A stretch of DNA of 64,000 nt from Candidatus Oxydemutatoraceae bacterium. GTDB lineage: Bacteria > Pseudomonadota > Gammaproteobacteria > Poriferisulfidales > Oxydemutatoraceae. The stretch spans positions 1,664,001 to 1,728,000 of the forward strand of contig OZ244717.1 in NCBI GenBank assembly GCA_965218975.1, in the 5' to 3' direction. Shown piece after piece: positions 1 to 10,925 of the stretch. Numbering within the stretch: position 1 is the stretch's first letter; each line of letters starts with the position of its first letter. Below the pieces are notes generated by a model, which saw only the letters and a list, made by a program, of their open reading frames with translations, searched no databases and was not told where the DNA came from. The position numbers were made by a program, and so were the translations under genes.

Positions 1-2
1 TC

Positions 3-1274
3 CCTCTCTATACGCTATTCATTATTTTAATCGTGCTGTTCTTTCTGTCCGCTTTTTTTTCCGGATCAGAAACCGCTTTCATGAGCGTCAATCGTTACCA
101 AATCGCACATTTAGCAGCCAATGGAAACAAGGCGGCGCAACGTGTACTAAAATTACTTGGCCGCCCGGACCGTTTTATCAGTCTGATCTTGCTTGGAAAT
201 AACTTTGTAAATATCGTCATCGCCCAGCTTGCAACATACGTCGGGTACCGCTTGTACGGGAATATCGGGGTTGCGATTGCGACCGGCGCTTTGACTTTTC
301 TGATTTTAGTGTTTGCCGAGCTGACGCCGAAAATTCTAGCGACACGTTATTCACAAAAAATTTCCATGTTCACTTCTTGGATTTATCTACCTCTAATGGC
401 ATCGGCGTATCCTCTAATATCGCTGACCAACTTCTTTTCTAATACATTGTTAGCAGCTTGCGGGGCCTCCGACAATCATAAAACGATCAATCCTTTAAAT
501 CGCGGCGAACTGCGTACTTTGCTATCCCGTTCAGAGCAAAGCATTTCTACTGAATATCAAAAAATGTTGCTCGGTATCCTAGACCTTGAACGACGCACTG
601 TCGAGGACATTATGATTCCGCGTAATGAAATACAGGGGGTGGATTTATCTAAAAGCATTGAGCGGATTAAGCAACAACTTACCGGTGCAATTCACACGCG
701 AATGCCACTCTATAATGGCGATATCAATCATATCACCGGCATCCTACATTTGCGTGAGGCGTTAACAATGATTGACAATGAAGAACTCACGCCGGAACGT
801 ATGGTTAAACTTGCACACGACCCTTACTACATTCCGGAACACACAAACCTATATATGGCATTGATTAATTTCAAGTTGCACAAACAAGTGAACGGTTTGA
901 TCGTTGATGAATACGGCGACATTCAAGGTTTGATTACATTGGAGGATTTACTTGAGGAAATCGTCGGTGAGTTTACTAATAATCCCACCGTTTACGATCA
1001 GGAAATTAAACCACAACCCGATGGCAGTGTTATTGTTGACGGCAGTTGTCATGTGCGCGAGTTCAATCGAACAATGCAATGGGAACTTAATGAACAGGGA
1101 CCTAAAACCATTAGCGGTTTAATTATTGAACACCTCGAAACAATTCCTGAAGTCGGCACCGGATTATTAATACAAAATTATCCTTTTGAAGTAATTAAAA
1201 CCGGAAAAAATACTATCCGCACAGTTAAAATCGGTAAGCGGCTCAAACAACACGATCCGGAAGCAACTTCATGA
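3..1274 (+). CDS. CNNM/HlyC-CorC family membrane protein (DUF21-CBS-CorC), CorB/YfjD-like; 5' end probably outside the window
   Basis: SAFFSGSETA start motif, FAELTPK, CBS-pair motif DEYGDIQGLITLEDLLEEIVGE. The reading frame is open back to the window edge. Confidence 0.9.
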   Translation, partial: PLYTLFIILIVLFFLSAFFSGSETAFMSVNRYQIAHLAANGNKAAQRVLKLLGRPDRFISLILLGNNFVNIVIAQLATYVGYRLYGNIGVAIATGALTFLILVFAELTPKILATRYSQKISMFTSWIYLPLMASAYPLISLTNFFSNTLLAACGASDNHKTINPLNRGELRTLLSRSEQSISTEYQKMLLGILDLERRTVEDIMIPRNEIQGVDLSKSIERIKQQLTGAIHTRMPLYNGDINHITGILHLREALTMIDNEELTPERMVKLAHDPYYIPEHTNLYMALINFKLHKQVNGLIVDEYGDIQGLITLEDLLEEIVGEFTNNPTVYDQEIKPQPDGSVIVDGSCHVREFNRTMQWELNEQGPKTISGLIIEHLETIPEVGTGLLIQNYPFEVIKTGKNTIRTVKIGKRLKQHDPEATS

Positions 1275-3808
1275 ATATATTACGGAAATTATATACAAAC
1301 CTGATTCTCCGACACCCGTTACTTACACTCATTGTCGTTAGTTTACTGATCGGCGGAATATCCGTCCATGTGCCGAAAATCAAGCTTGACGCATCAGCTG
1401 ACTCGCTGGTGTTGGAAAACGACGACGACCTGAAGTATTTCCGAGAAATTAATTCACGCTATGAAACAAAAAGATTCTTAGTTATCACCTACCGCCCCGA
1501 CAAAAATATTTTTGCCGACGATGCTTTGACTGCAATCGGAGCATTACAAAAAGACTTGGAGCTGCTAGATGGAATTTCAGAAGTGATTTCTATACTGAAT
1601 GTACCACTGTTAAACAGTCCGTCCATTCCTCTCGAGCAGTTGACAAAAACTATCCGTACTCTCGACACACCCAACATTGATAGGAAGCTGGCGCAACAGG
1701 AATTTTCAGAAAGTCCCTTATACCGCGAGCTCTTGTTAAGCGCCGACCGCAATGTGACCGCACTAATCGCATATCTTAAGGAAGATCCGGTTTATAAAGA
1801 TCTATATCAACAACGTCGCACCCTACGTGAAATGAAATACGCCGGGAAGGCCGATGACGAACACATGATGGAATTAGCAATTATCGAAAAGGAGTTCCGT
1901 GATTATCAAGCGAAGCATGATGCACACGAACGTCAGCAGATCGCCAAAGTGCGAGAAATTATCGACCGGCATCGAGGCAATAATGAAATATTCCTTGGCG
2001 GTGTTCCGATGATTGTCGCCGACATGATTAATTTTATTAAAACCGACCTGATAACATTTGGCAGTGCGATTTTTCTATTCCTTATCATCACGCTGACAAT
2101 CATATTCCGGCAATTACGCTGGGTTTTACTACCAATGCTATGCTGTAGTCTTCCGACCGTCGCCACAATCGGGTTACTCGGTATGCTTGATTGGCGAATT
2201 ACCGTTATCTCATCAAATTTTATCGCTCTATTATTGATTATTACGATGTCTATGACAATTCACTTAATTGTTCGCTACCGTGAAATGCAAGCAAATGATG
2301 CGGCACAACCAATAAAAGAGCGAGTTACAGAAACAATTAATTTCATGCTGAAACCTTGCTTTTACGCCGCACTGACTACTGTGACCGCTTTCATGTCACT
2401 ATTAATTAGCGGCATCCGACCGGTAATTGATTTTGGCTACATGATGACTATCGGTGTCGGGTTCGCTTTTGTTCTGACTTTTATGATATTTCCCAGTGTT
2501 TTGCTATTAATGCCTAAAGGACACAGCTCGCAAGAAAAAGATTTTACTTCACGTCTAACAGCAAATTTCGCACACATTACTTGCAAGCACCATCGCATTA
2601 TTTTGATGATCGCAAGCGCGATTGCAGTGGCAAGTATCATCGGTATTTCTCAACTGAGAGTGGAAAATCGTTTTATTGATTACTTCAAAGAACATACCGA
2701 AATCTATCAAGGTATGCTAACCATTGATCGCAAGTTAGGCGGCACAACGCCTTTGGATTTCATCCTTCGCGCTCCGCCGAGCTTCCCAAACGATCATTCG
2801 GCTGCCGGAGATTCGGCGGAAGATGATTTACTCGACGGTTACTTTACTCAAATCAATACGGAAACGCCGGAAAAATCGAACTATTGGTTGACTCCATTGC
2901 ATTTTAGAGAAATAAAGAAAATTCATGATTATTTTGAAGCGCGACCGGAAATTGGCAAAGTATTGTCTCTGGCAACGCTAGTAAAACTTGCCGAACAACT
3001 CAACGACAACCAAGCTCTGCTTGACTTTGAGACGGCTTTATTGCCGAAACTTTTGCCTAAAGAAATCAGCAATATTCTGCTTAATCCCTTTTATTCGGAA
3101 TCAAACAATGAACTACGTTTTACGATGCGTATTATTGATTCGGATAAAAATCTGCAGCGTAATGAATTATTACGGCAGATTAGCCAAGACATCAAAGCGA
3201 TGGGCTATCCTACCGATCGCTTCCGTCTAACCAACATGCTAGTACTCTACAACAACATGCTGCAAAGCCTTTATCAGTCGCAAATTCTGACGCTCACTGC
3301 GGTGTTCCTTGCGATTACCCTTATGTTTGTCGTGCTATTTCGCTCACTAACGCTTGCAATTCTTGCGATTATTCCGAATTTACTTGCAGCCGGCTTAATA
3401 CTCGGCTTTATGGGATGGATGAACATCCCTTTGGATATGATGACGATTACAATTGCCGCGATCAGCATCGGTATCGCAGTCGATAATACGATCCACTACA
3501 TCATCCGATTCAAACGTGAATTTCTTAAAGACTATGATTATTTTGCGGCAGTCAGTCGCTGTCACGGTAGTATTGGTAAAGCAATGTACTATACATCGAC
3601 TGTTATTATCGTCGGCTTTTCAATTCTGGCGCTATCTAACTTTATTCCTAGCGTTCACTTTGGTTTGCTAACCGGTTTGGCAATGATCGCAGCTTTTATT
3701 GCGGCGTTGACCCTTCTGCCTTCTCTATTGATCATATTCCGGCCCTTGGAAAAGGGTTCCGCCTTATCCTCGACAAGTCAAGAAAACAAATTAAATTCTG
3801 CAATTTGA
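1271..3808 (+). CDS. RND superfamily / MMPL-family transporter
   Basis: 845 aa with two TM bundles separated by large periplasmic loops; GIAVDNTIH motif. Confidence 0.85.
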   Translation: MNILRKLYTNLILRHPLLTLIVVSLLIGGISVHVPKIKLDASADSLVLENDDDLKYFREINSRYETKRFLVITYRPDKNIFADDALTAIGALQKDLELLDGISEVISILNVPLLNSPSIPLEQLTKTIRTLDTPNIDRKLAQQEFSESPLYRELLLSADRNVTALIAYLKEDPVYKDLYQQRRTLREMKYAGKADDEHMMELAIIEKEFRDYQAKHDAHERQQIAKVREIIDRHRGNNEIFLGGVPMIVADMINFIKTDLITFGSAIFLFLIITLTIIFRQLRWVLLPMLCCSLPTVATIGLLGMLDWRITVISSNFIALLLIITMSMTIHLIVRYREMQANDAAQPIKERVTETINFMLKPCFYAALTTVTAFMSLLISGIRPVIDFGYMMTIGVGFAFVLTFMIFPSVLLLMPKGHSSQEKDFTSRLTANFAHITCKHHRIILMIASAIAVASIIGISQLRVENRFIDYFKEHTEIYQGMLTIDRKLGGTTPLDFILRAPPSFPNDHSAAGDSAEDDLLDGYFTQINTETPEKSNYWLTPLHFREIKKIHDYFEARPEIGKVLSLATLVKLAEQLNDNQALLDFETALLPKLLPKEISNILLNPFYSESNNELRFTMRIIDSDKNLQRNELLRQISQDIKAMGYPTDRFRLTNMLVLYNNMLQSLYQSQILTLTAVFLAITLMFVVLFRSLTLAILAIIPNLLAAGLILGFMGWMNIPLDMMTITIAAISIGIAVDNTIHYIIRFKREFLKDYDYFAAVSRCHGSIGKAMYYTSTVIIVGFSILALSNFIPSVHFGLLTGLAMIAAFIAALTLLPSLLIIFRPLEKGSALSSTSQENKLNSAI

Positions 3809-3813
3809 CAACC

Positions 3814-4656
3814 ATGGCTAAAGTAAAAATACAGATGACGCATAACCGATTGAAACCCACTTATGCGGTCGAAATTCGCGATCAATTCAACCAAACGCAA
3901 AAGACTCGAATTTCAGGGGAGTCCTCACTCACATTAATCGTCAACGGCAAAGAACTAGTGACTCTAATGACATTAGGCACATATCCGGAGGAACTCGCGC
4001 TTGGTTATTTATATAATCAACGGCTGATCGATAACATTAATGATATTCAATCCATCCAAGTCGATTGGGAACGCGAGCGCGCAGACATCCAATTACATCC
4101 GGGAAAAGAAATCAGTCAATGGGAAGAAAAAATTTCCAAAAGAATTGTTACTAGCGGATGCGGACAAGGCACTATCTTTAGCTGCACATTAGATAAGTTA
4201 TACGAGCAACCTCTGCCTGAACTAAAAATTAAACAATCGACTATCTACGCTCTGCTAAAGCATGTTACGCAACTAAACGAGATTTATAAAACCGCAGGTG
4301 CAGTCCATGGCTGTGCACTGTGCCATAGCGATGAGATTTTATTTTCGATCGAGGATGTGGGACGACATAACGCCGCAGATGCAATTGCCGGAATGATGTG
4401 CTTAGAAGGCATTTCCGGTAACGATAAAATTTTCTACACAACCGGACGACTCACATCAGAGATTGTAATGAAAAGCGCCTGCATGGGAATCCCGGTACTG
4501 CTGTCACGTTCCGGCGTAACCAATATGGGACTAACTTTGGCAGAAGATTTAAATATAACTATGATTGCGCGGGCAAAAGGTAAAGCGTTCCGGGTTTACC
4601 ATAACGCGCAAAATATCATCTATGATGCGATTCCGATAACGCTAAAGTCGACATAG
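3814..4656 (+). CDS. fdhD: Formate dehydrogenase accessory sulfurtransferase FdhD
   Basis: TSGCGQG, GAVHGCAL, EDVGRHNAAD, TTGRLTSEIV motifs. ATG at 3814 preferred over TTG 3805. Confidence 0.9.
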   Translation: MAKVKIQMTHNRLKPTYAVEIRDQFNQTQKTRISGESSLTLIVNGKELVTLMTLGTYPEELALGYLYNQRLIDNINDIQSIQVDWERERADIQLHPGKEISQWEEKISKRIVTSGCGQGTIFSCTLDKLYEQPLPELKIKQSTIYALLKHVTQLNEIYKTAGAVHGCALCHSDEILFSIEDVGRHNAADAIAGMMCLEGISGNDKIFYTTGRLTSEIVMKSACMGIPVLLSRSGVTNMGLTLAEDLNITMIARAKGKAFRVYHNAQNIIYDAIPITLKST

Positions 4657-4878
4657 CAACTTACTCACATATACTTGCACTTTCTCCCGTCCCACGTACG
4701 GTAACTGAACGCATATAGATTTCTGCCTATACTTTGCGGGAACATCAATCTAGTCCTTACTCAACATCACTATTATGCATAACGATAACGTTACAGGTGC
4801 CTCACAATCGCATTTGAATTGTAGCGTATAATGCGCAATTGAGGGTATGAACTACGCAGAAACAGCCACTATAAACCG

Positions 4879-5142
4879 ATGCCGAGAAAAAGTTCCGCTA
4901 AATTAATTAGTTTCGAACAATCAATGAATGAGCTTGAACAAACTATTGAATCGCTTGAAAGAGGAGATTTGACTCTTGAAGAATCCATTGAGCGGTTTGA
5001 ACACGGTGTCAAACTAATCAAAACATGCCAAACCACCCTGAATCAAGCGGAAAAGAAAGTGCGCATCTTGGTCGAAAAAAACAGCTCTTTGCAACTAAAA
5101 GATTTCTCCGAAGAGGGGTCCAACGATGAGGAAAATTACTAG
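4879..5142 (+). CDS. xseB: Exodeoxyribonuclease VII small subunit
   Basis: SFEQSMNELE...LEESIERFEHG...LNQAEKKV; canonical xseB-ispA-dxs order. Confidence 0.95.
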   Translation: MPRKSSAKLISFEQSMNELEQTIESLERGDLTLEESIERFEHGVKLIKTCQTTLNQAEKKVRILVEKNSSLQLKDFSEEGSNDEENY

Positions 5143-5144
5143 GA

Positions 5145-6020
5145 ATGGATTTTTCGAACACTCGGGCATTCCTTTCAATTTGTTCTGAAAAAACAGAAAG
5201 CAATTTAGAGCGCTATTACAAAAACTACTCCGGTCCTCCGCAGTTAATCGAAGCAATTCGTTACGCTAGTCTCGGCGGTGGCAAAAAGATTCGCCCCGCA
5301 CTCATCTACGCGTCTGCCGAAACGTATCAGCTGAATGAAACCTTAGTGCATGACATTGCTTGTGCCACTGAATTGATACATGCCTACTCGCTTATTCACG
5401 ACGATTTACCTTCTATGGACAATGATGATTTTCGTCGAGGGAAACCGACGGTGCATAAAAAATTCGGTGAAGCGATAGCAATCCTGGCAGGGGATGCAAT
5501 GCACGCATTAGCATTTGAAATACTTGCGAAATCCACCGCGCTGAAAGCCGATCATAAAGTACAAATTATCGCTTTACTTGCACACACCACCGGTATCGCG
5601 GGGATGTGCGGAGGACAAGTTATTGACATTCGACCTAATCCCCAAAAAGGCATCAGTACGGTCATAGAAATACATCGACTAAAAACCGGCACTTTGATTG
5701 CATCTTGCATTGAAACGCCTTGGATCTGTGCAAACGGTGTTTTGAATGCGAAAGAACGAACTCTGTTAAAAGATTTTTCCCGCGATATTGGCCTATGCTT
5801 TCAAATTCGCGATGACATCTTGGACTATGAATCCGATAGCCAAAACAAACAGGCTAATTCACCCAGAAAGCTTACCTATCCTCTAGTAATAGGGCTCGAA
5901 CAAAGCAAATTAAAACTGCGCGAACTTGAACAACAATGCTTAAGACGCTTAACGCAACTGAACCATCCGATCGACAGACTCATCGAACTGACGCATTACA
6001 TCAGCCAACGACCCAATTGA
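5145..6020 (+). CDS. ispA: Farnesyl diphosphate synthase
   Basis: GGKKIRP, SLIHDDLPSMDNDDFRRGKPT, FQIRDDILD. Confidence 0.95.
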   Translation: MDFSNTRAFLSICSEKTESNLERYYKNYSGPPQLIEAIRYASLGGGKKIRPALIYASAETYQLNETLVHDIACATELIHAYSLIHDDLPSMDNDDFRRGKPTVHKKFGEAIAILAGDAMHALAFEILAKSTALKADHKVQIIALLAHTTGIAGMCGGQVIDIRPNPQKGISTVIEIHRLKTGTLIASCIETPWICANGVLNAKERTLLKDFSRDIGLCFQIRDDILDYESDSQNKQANSPRKLTYPLVIGLEQSKLKLRELEQQCLRRLTQLNHPIDRLIELTHYISQRPN

Positions 6021-6030
6021 GATAGACACT

Positions 6031-7923
6031 ATGACAGATTCGGATAGCTCTAAGTATTCGCTACTTGATCAGATCAATGATCCGTCTGATTTACGTCGCT
6101 TGCCCGCAAAAGATTTACCAAAACTTTGCAACGAGGTGCGTAATTATTTAATCGCAACTATTTCCGAATGCGGCGGGCATTTTGCTGCAGGTCTCGGTGC
6201 CGTAGAAATTACCATTGCTTTACACTATATATTAGACACTCCGCGCGATCGCCTAATCTGGGATGTCGGTCACCAAACGTATCCGCATAAAATTCTCACC
6301 GGACGTAAAGAACGATTGGCAACGATACGAAAAATAGGCGGTTTGGCCCCGTTCCCTAAACGTAATGAAAGCGAATATGATGTCTTCGGCACGGGTCATT
6401 CAAGCACTGCTATTAGCGCTGCGACCGGCATTTCACTCGCACTTAGGCAACAAAACAAAAAACACAAAGTCGTTGCGGTAGTCGGAGACGGTGGAATAAC
6501 CGCCGGCATGGCATACGAAGCAATGAATCATTTGGGCGCCGTCAAAACCGATATGTTGATCATTCTCAATGACAACGAAATGTCAATCTCTCCTAATGTC
6601 GGTGCAATGACAAATTACCTGACACGAATTATCTCCAGTAGATTTTACACTTCAGTAATGAAAGGCGGCAGGCGTCTTCTCGAACCAATGCCTCCGGTTC
6701 ACAAAATTTTTCATCGCGCCAAGCTACATTTAAAAGGAATGATGATTCCGGATACTTTATTTGAGGAATTGGGGATTCATTATTACGGACCGGTTGACGG
6801 ACATAACATAAATTTATTGGTAAAAACACTCAGCAGCCTAAAAAACATGGACACCCCTCGTCTGTTACATATCGTAACACGTAAAGGCAAAGGCTATAAG
6901 CAAGCAGAGCAAGATCCTGTCAAATACCATGCGGTCGGCAGATTTAACCCCAGTGTAGGCATTCGGCAAACCGGCAAACCTTCCAAAATTCCAACTTACA
7001 GTGAAGTCTTTAGCCGTTGGGTCTGCGATATGGCGGCACAGGACTCACGTCTGATTGCGATTACACCGGCAATGCGCGAGGGTTCAGGTTTAATTGAATT
7101 TGAAAAACGCTTCCCCGAACGTTACTTTGATGTCGGCATTGCCGAACAACATGCTGTTACTTTAGCGGCGGGATTCGCTTGTGAAGGAATAAAACCGGTG
7201 GTCGCCATCTATTCAACATTTCTGCAACGCTCTTACGATCAACTAATCCACGATATTGCAATTCAAAATTTACCGGTGCTATTTGCTGTCGATCGTGCCG
7301 GTTTGGTCGGCCCCGATGGGCAAACTCACGCCGGAAGTTTTGATTTAACCTATCTGCGCTGTATTCCCAACCTATTAATCATGGCGCCGAATAACGCCGA
7401 TGAATGCCGCAAAATGCTTTCAACCGGATTTCTACACTCGGGACCTAGCGCAGTACGCTACCCGCGCGGAAATGCGCCTGCCGCTGCAACTGAAGATGCT
7501 TTGGACCCAATACCGATCGGTAAAGCTATCAAGCGGCGTACGGGGCATAGAATCGCACTACTCAGCTTCGGTGCGACCACCGCGCTCGTTGCGGCAGAAA
7601 CTCTGGACGCAACTGTTTTTGATATGCGCTTCGTTAAACCATTGGATACGGCGACAATTGAAATGGCGGTAAATTCGCACGAATATTTAGTAACCGTAGA
7701 AGATAATGCCCGCGCCGGCGGCGTCGGTTCTAGCGTCAATGAATACCTCGCCGCGCAGAAAATCAATATACCCGTATTAAACCTTGGTTTACCGGATTAC
7801 TTCCAAAATCACGCTAGCCGAAATGAATTGTTAAAAGAAGCCGGACTTGATGCGGCAGGCATTGAAAACAGTGTGCAAAAATTTGTCCGCGAAACTATCC
7901 CGGCCCATGTTTCCAAAACCTAA
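6031..7923 (+). CDS. dxs: 1-deoxy-D-xylulose-5-phosphate synthase
   Basis: WDVGHQTYPHK, GHSSTAISA, GDGGITAGMAYEA, DVGIAEQHA. Confidence 0.97.
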   Translation: MTDSDSSKYSLLDQINDPSDLRRLPAKDLPKLCNEVRNYLIATISECGGHFAAGLGAVEITIALHYILDTPRDRLIWDVGHQTYPHKILTGRKERLATIRKIGGLAPFPKRNESEYDVFGTGHSSTAISAATGISLALRQQNKKHKVVAVVGDGGITAGMAYEAMNHLGAVKTDMLIILNDNEMSISPNVGAMTNYLTRIISSRFYTSVMKGGRRLLEPMPPVHKIFHRAKLHLKGMMIPDTLFEELGIHYYGPVDGHNINLLVKTLSSLKNMDTPRLLHIVTRKGKGYKQAEQDPVKYHAVGRFNPSVGIRQTGKPSKIPTYSEVFSRWVCDMAAQDSRLIAITPAMREGSGLIEFEKRFPERYFDVGIAEQHAVTLAAGFACEGIKPVVAIYSTFLQRSYDQLIHDIAIQNLPVLFAVDRAGLVGPDGQTHAGSFDLTYLRCIPNLLIMAPNNADECRKMLSTGFLHSGPSAVRYPRGNAPAAATEDALDPIPIGKAIKRRTGHRIALLSFGATTALVAAETLDATVFDMRFVKPLDTATIEMAVNSHEYLVTVEDNARAGGVGSSVNEYLAAQKINIPVLNLGLPDYFQNHASRNELLKEAGLDAAGIENSVQKFVRETIPAHVSKT

Positions 7924-8396
7924 GTAAGACAAGCGCAAAATTGCTTCGCACGCTTAGATAATGGTTTTCAAATATTCTTTTAACTTACTGCCTATTTCCG
8001 AGTGGCGCAAACCCATTTCAATATTAGCATGCATATAGCCCCATTTATTTCCGCAGTCGTAACGTTTCCCGGAAAATTTATAAGCAAAAATGTCCTTTGT
8101 TTTCAACACTTCAACTAATGCGTCGGTTAATTGAACCTCGCCTTGCACCCCTGCCAAATGCTTGCTTAATTGCTCAAGCACGTCTGATGTTAGTATATAT
8201 CGTCCGATGATGGCGAGATTCCCCGACGCTTCCCCAATTGCAGGTTTTTCAACTAAACTTGAAACCCGCAGAACATGGTCGGAAATCGGATCACCGCTCA
8301 CTATGCCGTAGCGACTCACTTCTGACGGCGTCACCTCCTCAACCGCAACTACACTGCATTGATGCTTTTGGTATACTTCAATTAGCTGTTGCAGCA
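7779..8396 (+). repeat. 618-bp direct repeat, left copy (long target-site duplication of the IS1634-family element)
   Basis: Matches 10308-10925 at a constant offset of 2529; no differences found on spot-checking. Ends exactly at the left IR. Confidence 0.93.
7954..8396 (-). pseudogene. galU: Duplicated 3' fragment of galU
   Basis: Translation identical to the C-terminal 146 aa of 10483..11352; 5' end truncated by the IS. Confidence 0.9.
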
Positions 8397-10307
8397 CTTG
8401 ACTTCGTAGGTTTTGTCTCGTAAGTGATTGATATTATTGCCTTCAGGATTCTCAAGGGCACTACATTACGGTGTTGTTTGTAGCCCTCCGCGCTCAGCTT
8501 CCCCCAGGGCGTGACTTGTCGGGAAGCGGGAACGGAGCTTCGTTCCATTTCAGGCCGACACTACGGTAGATCCTGTTGGCGTCCGCACTCGCGCGGCTCG
8601 GCATCGCATACCGCTTCTGTGTGTCGGTACATACCAAGATGCTCAACTGCAAGGTGTCGAGCTCGCGCCGGATCCGTTCCGCGCTCATCGGGAAGCCCAG
8701 TGCCTTAAGCCGCCGGCGCAGCTGCTGCAAGCAGCAGAAGGCCATGTAGCAGATCGCAATGTGTGCCTGGATACGCCGCGGCTTCCAGTGAAAGATCGGG
8801 CGGATGCAAAGGTCATGCTTGTTGGTGCGAAAGCAATGTTCTACTTCCCACAACCGACGGTACTGCGACAGCAATTCCTTTGGCGCCATCTCCTCGTTGC
8901 CGTGTGCGATGATTGCGCGCAGGCCGTCCCAACGCGCCGCATCGGCCACCTTGGCCGCATCAATCTTAACCCGGCCCTTTGCGGGGAAGCTTAAGTAACA
9001 GGCATAGCCGCGCGCCACGAAACCTGCCGGGCGCTCGCTGCGTTGATACTTCCGGCGCAACTGTGACAATATGCGCTCCCGAACTTCTTGATCCTTGCGC
9101 GCGCGCCGGCGTGAATAGGTGACTATGATCCGCCGGCCTTCGTGGCGAATCATCCGGTAACGCAGGTCCTGCGTTTTGAGCCAGCCTTGATCGTCTGCTG
9201 CACTGAGGGCCTGCAGCTTGATCTTGGCCGGGGCCGACTTGAGACGATAGCCGAGCACATAGGCCAAGCCCTGCTCCTGCAGGAATGTCTGGTTCTCACG
9301 GCTCAGCATCGCCGCATCGGCCACTACTGTAAATACAGCACCCGGATGTCTCTATTGCAGACTTGTCACTGCCTGCATCAAGGTTTTGCCCTCAAAGGTG
9401 TTGCCCGGCAACAGTGCGTAGTCCACCGGCAGACCGTCGCAGGTCGTCATCAGTGCCAGTAACACCTGGCAGCGGTGCGGCTTGCCGTCCTTACTATAAC
9501 CTTTCGCGCGCAACGGGTCCTCTTGCTCGCTCTCGAAGTACAGGGTCGTGCAATCAAAGAAGAACACCTTGAGGGGCTGATCATACAACTTCTGTGCCGC
9601 CTGATGAGACTGTTCCCGGATGCGTGCAATCACCGCCTCCTCAAGGTGATCCATAGTCTGGTAAACCCGGTCGAGATTGAGCGAAACGCCGCTTCGTTCG
9701 AGCTCGCACACCGTGGCACGCTTGCTCTGCGGCTGCGCGATACGCGCCAGCACCAGCTCGCGCAGAATGCGGTTGGCTGCCGTACGCCGTGCACCCAACA
9801 CCTGGTTCCAACCCAGGTGCGAATAAATCTGCGTGAACGCCTCGCGCACCCCAAGCATCAGCCGCATCTCCTCACGGCATTCGGCAAGATCTACCCCGAA
9901 GCGCGCCAGACGTGGTGCCAGCCGCGCCTCAGCTGCGAGATCCGCGTACTGCTTCGGTGTGAACAGCGATTGCTGTGCTGTACCGGCTTGGCGCAGCTCT
10001 TCCAAGGTGACCTCGCCGAGCTTGCGCAAAGATGCAAGCTGCTCGGGACTGTCGGCAGTGCCGATATGCCGCACCACACGCTGACGGGGACCATCGGCAG
10101 TGCGCACGGAACGTACAATCTGCAAGCGAGTGCGGCCACGTTCGGGGTCATATTTTTCACGCAAGTACATAGACCCGAATGATAACCCAAAATCCAAGTG
10201 AAAACAAGCCTGGGGGCACTACAATGGATTTTTCGGCGGCGCCCGGATAACCCTATGATAATAAAAGATTTATTTTTTGCCCAAAGGTCAAAACCTACGA
10301 AGTCAAG
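8397..10307 (-). mobile_element. IS1634-family insertion sequence (1911 bp)
   Basis: Perfect 19-bp terminal IRs CTTGACTTCGTAGGTTTTG (8397-8415) and CAAAACCTACGAAGTCAAG (10289-10307). Visibly GC-richer than its flanks; long flanking direct repeats. Confidence 0.92.
8494..10170 (-). pseudogene. IS1634-family DDE transposase with one in-frame TAG at 9352-9354
   Basis: FFDCTTLYFE, KGYSKDGKP, GLPV..GNTFE, VVADAAMLS, YRRLWEVEHCFRTNK..IRPIFHW..RIQAHIAICYMA. The two ORFs are in one frame, joined by *RHPGAVFTV. Confidence 0.88.
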
Positions 10308-10925
10308 AAACCTTGGTTTACCGGATTACTTCCAAAATCACGCTAGCCGAAATGAATTGTTAAAAGAAGCCGGACTTGATGCGGCAGGCATTGAAAACAG
10401 TGTGCAAAAATTTGTCCGCGAAACTATCCCGGCCCATGTTTCCAAAACCTAAGTAAGACAAGCGCAAAATTGCTTCGCACGCTTAGATAATGGTTTTCAA
10501 ATATTCTTTTAACTTACTGCCTATTTCCGAGTGGCGCAAACCCATTTCAATATTAGCATGCATATAGCCCCATTTATTTCCGCAGTCGTAACGTTTCCCG
10601 GAAAATTTATAAGCAAAAATGTCCTTTGTTTTCAACACTTCAACTAATGCGTCGGTTAATTGAACCTCGCCTTGCACCCCTGCCAAATGCTTGCTTAATT
10701 GCTCAAGCACGTCTGATGTTAGTATATATCGTCCGATGATGGCGAGATTCCCCGACGCTTCCCCAATTGCAGGTTTTTCAACTAAACTTGAAACCCGCAG
10801 AACATGGTCGGAAATCGGATCACCGCTCACTATGCCGTAGCGACTCACTTCTGACGGCGTCACCTCCTCAACCGCAACTACACTGCATTGATGCTTTTGG
10901 TATACTTCAATTAGCTGTTGCAGCA
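10308..10925 (+). repeat. 618-bp direct repeat, right copy (orphan dxs 3' fragment 10308-10452 plus the functional galU 3' end)
   Basis: Begins immediately after the right IR; matches 7779-8396. Confidence 0.93.

Noticed and set aside
9475-10182. 235-aa antisense ORF and other short ORFs overlapping known genes
   Set aside because: Shadow frames of GC-rich or conserved genes with no recognisable motifs.
8494-10197. Programmed frameshift or two-gene transposase
   Set aside because: Both ORFs are in the same frame, separated by one TAG.
10198-10452. 84-aa ORF as a real gene
   Set aside because: It is IS-end sequence fused by chance to the duplicated last 47 codons of dxs.
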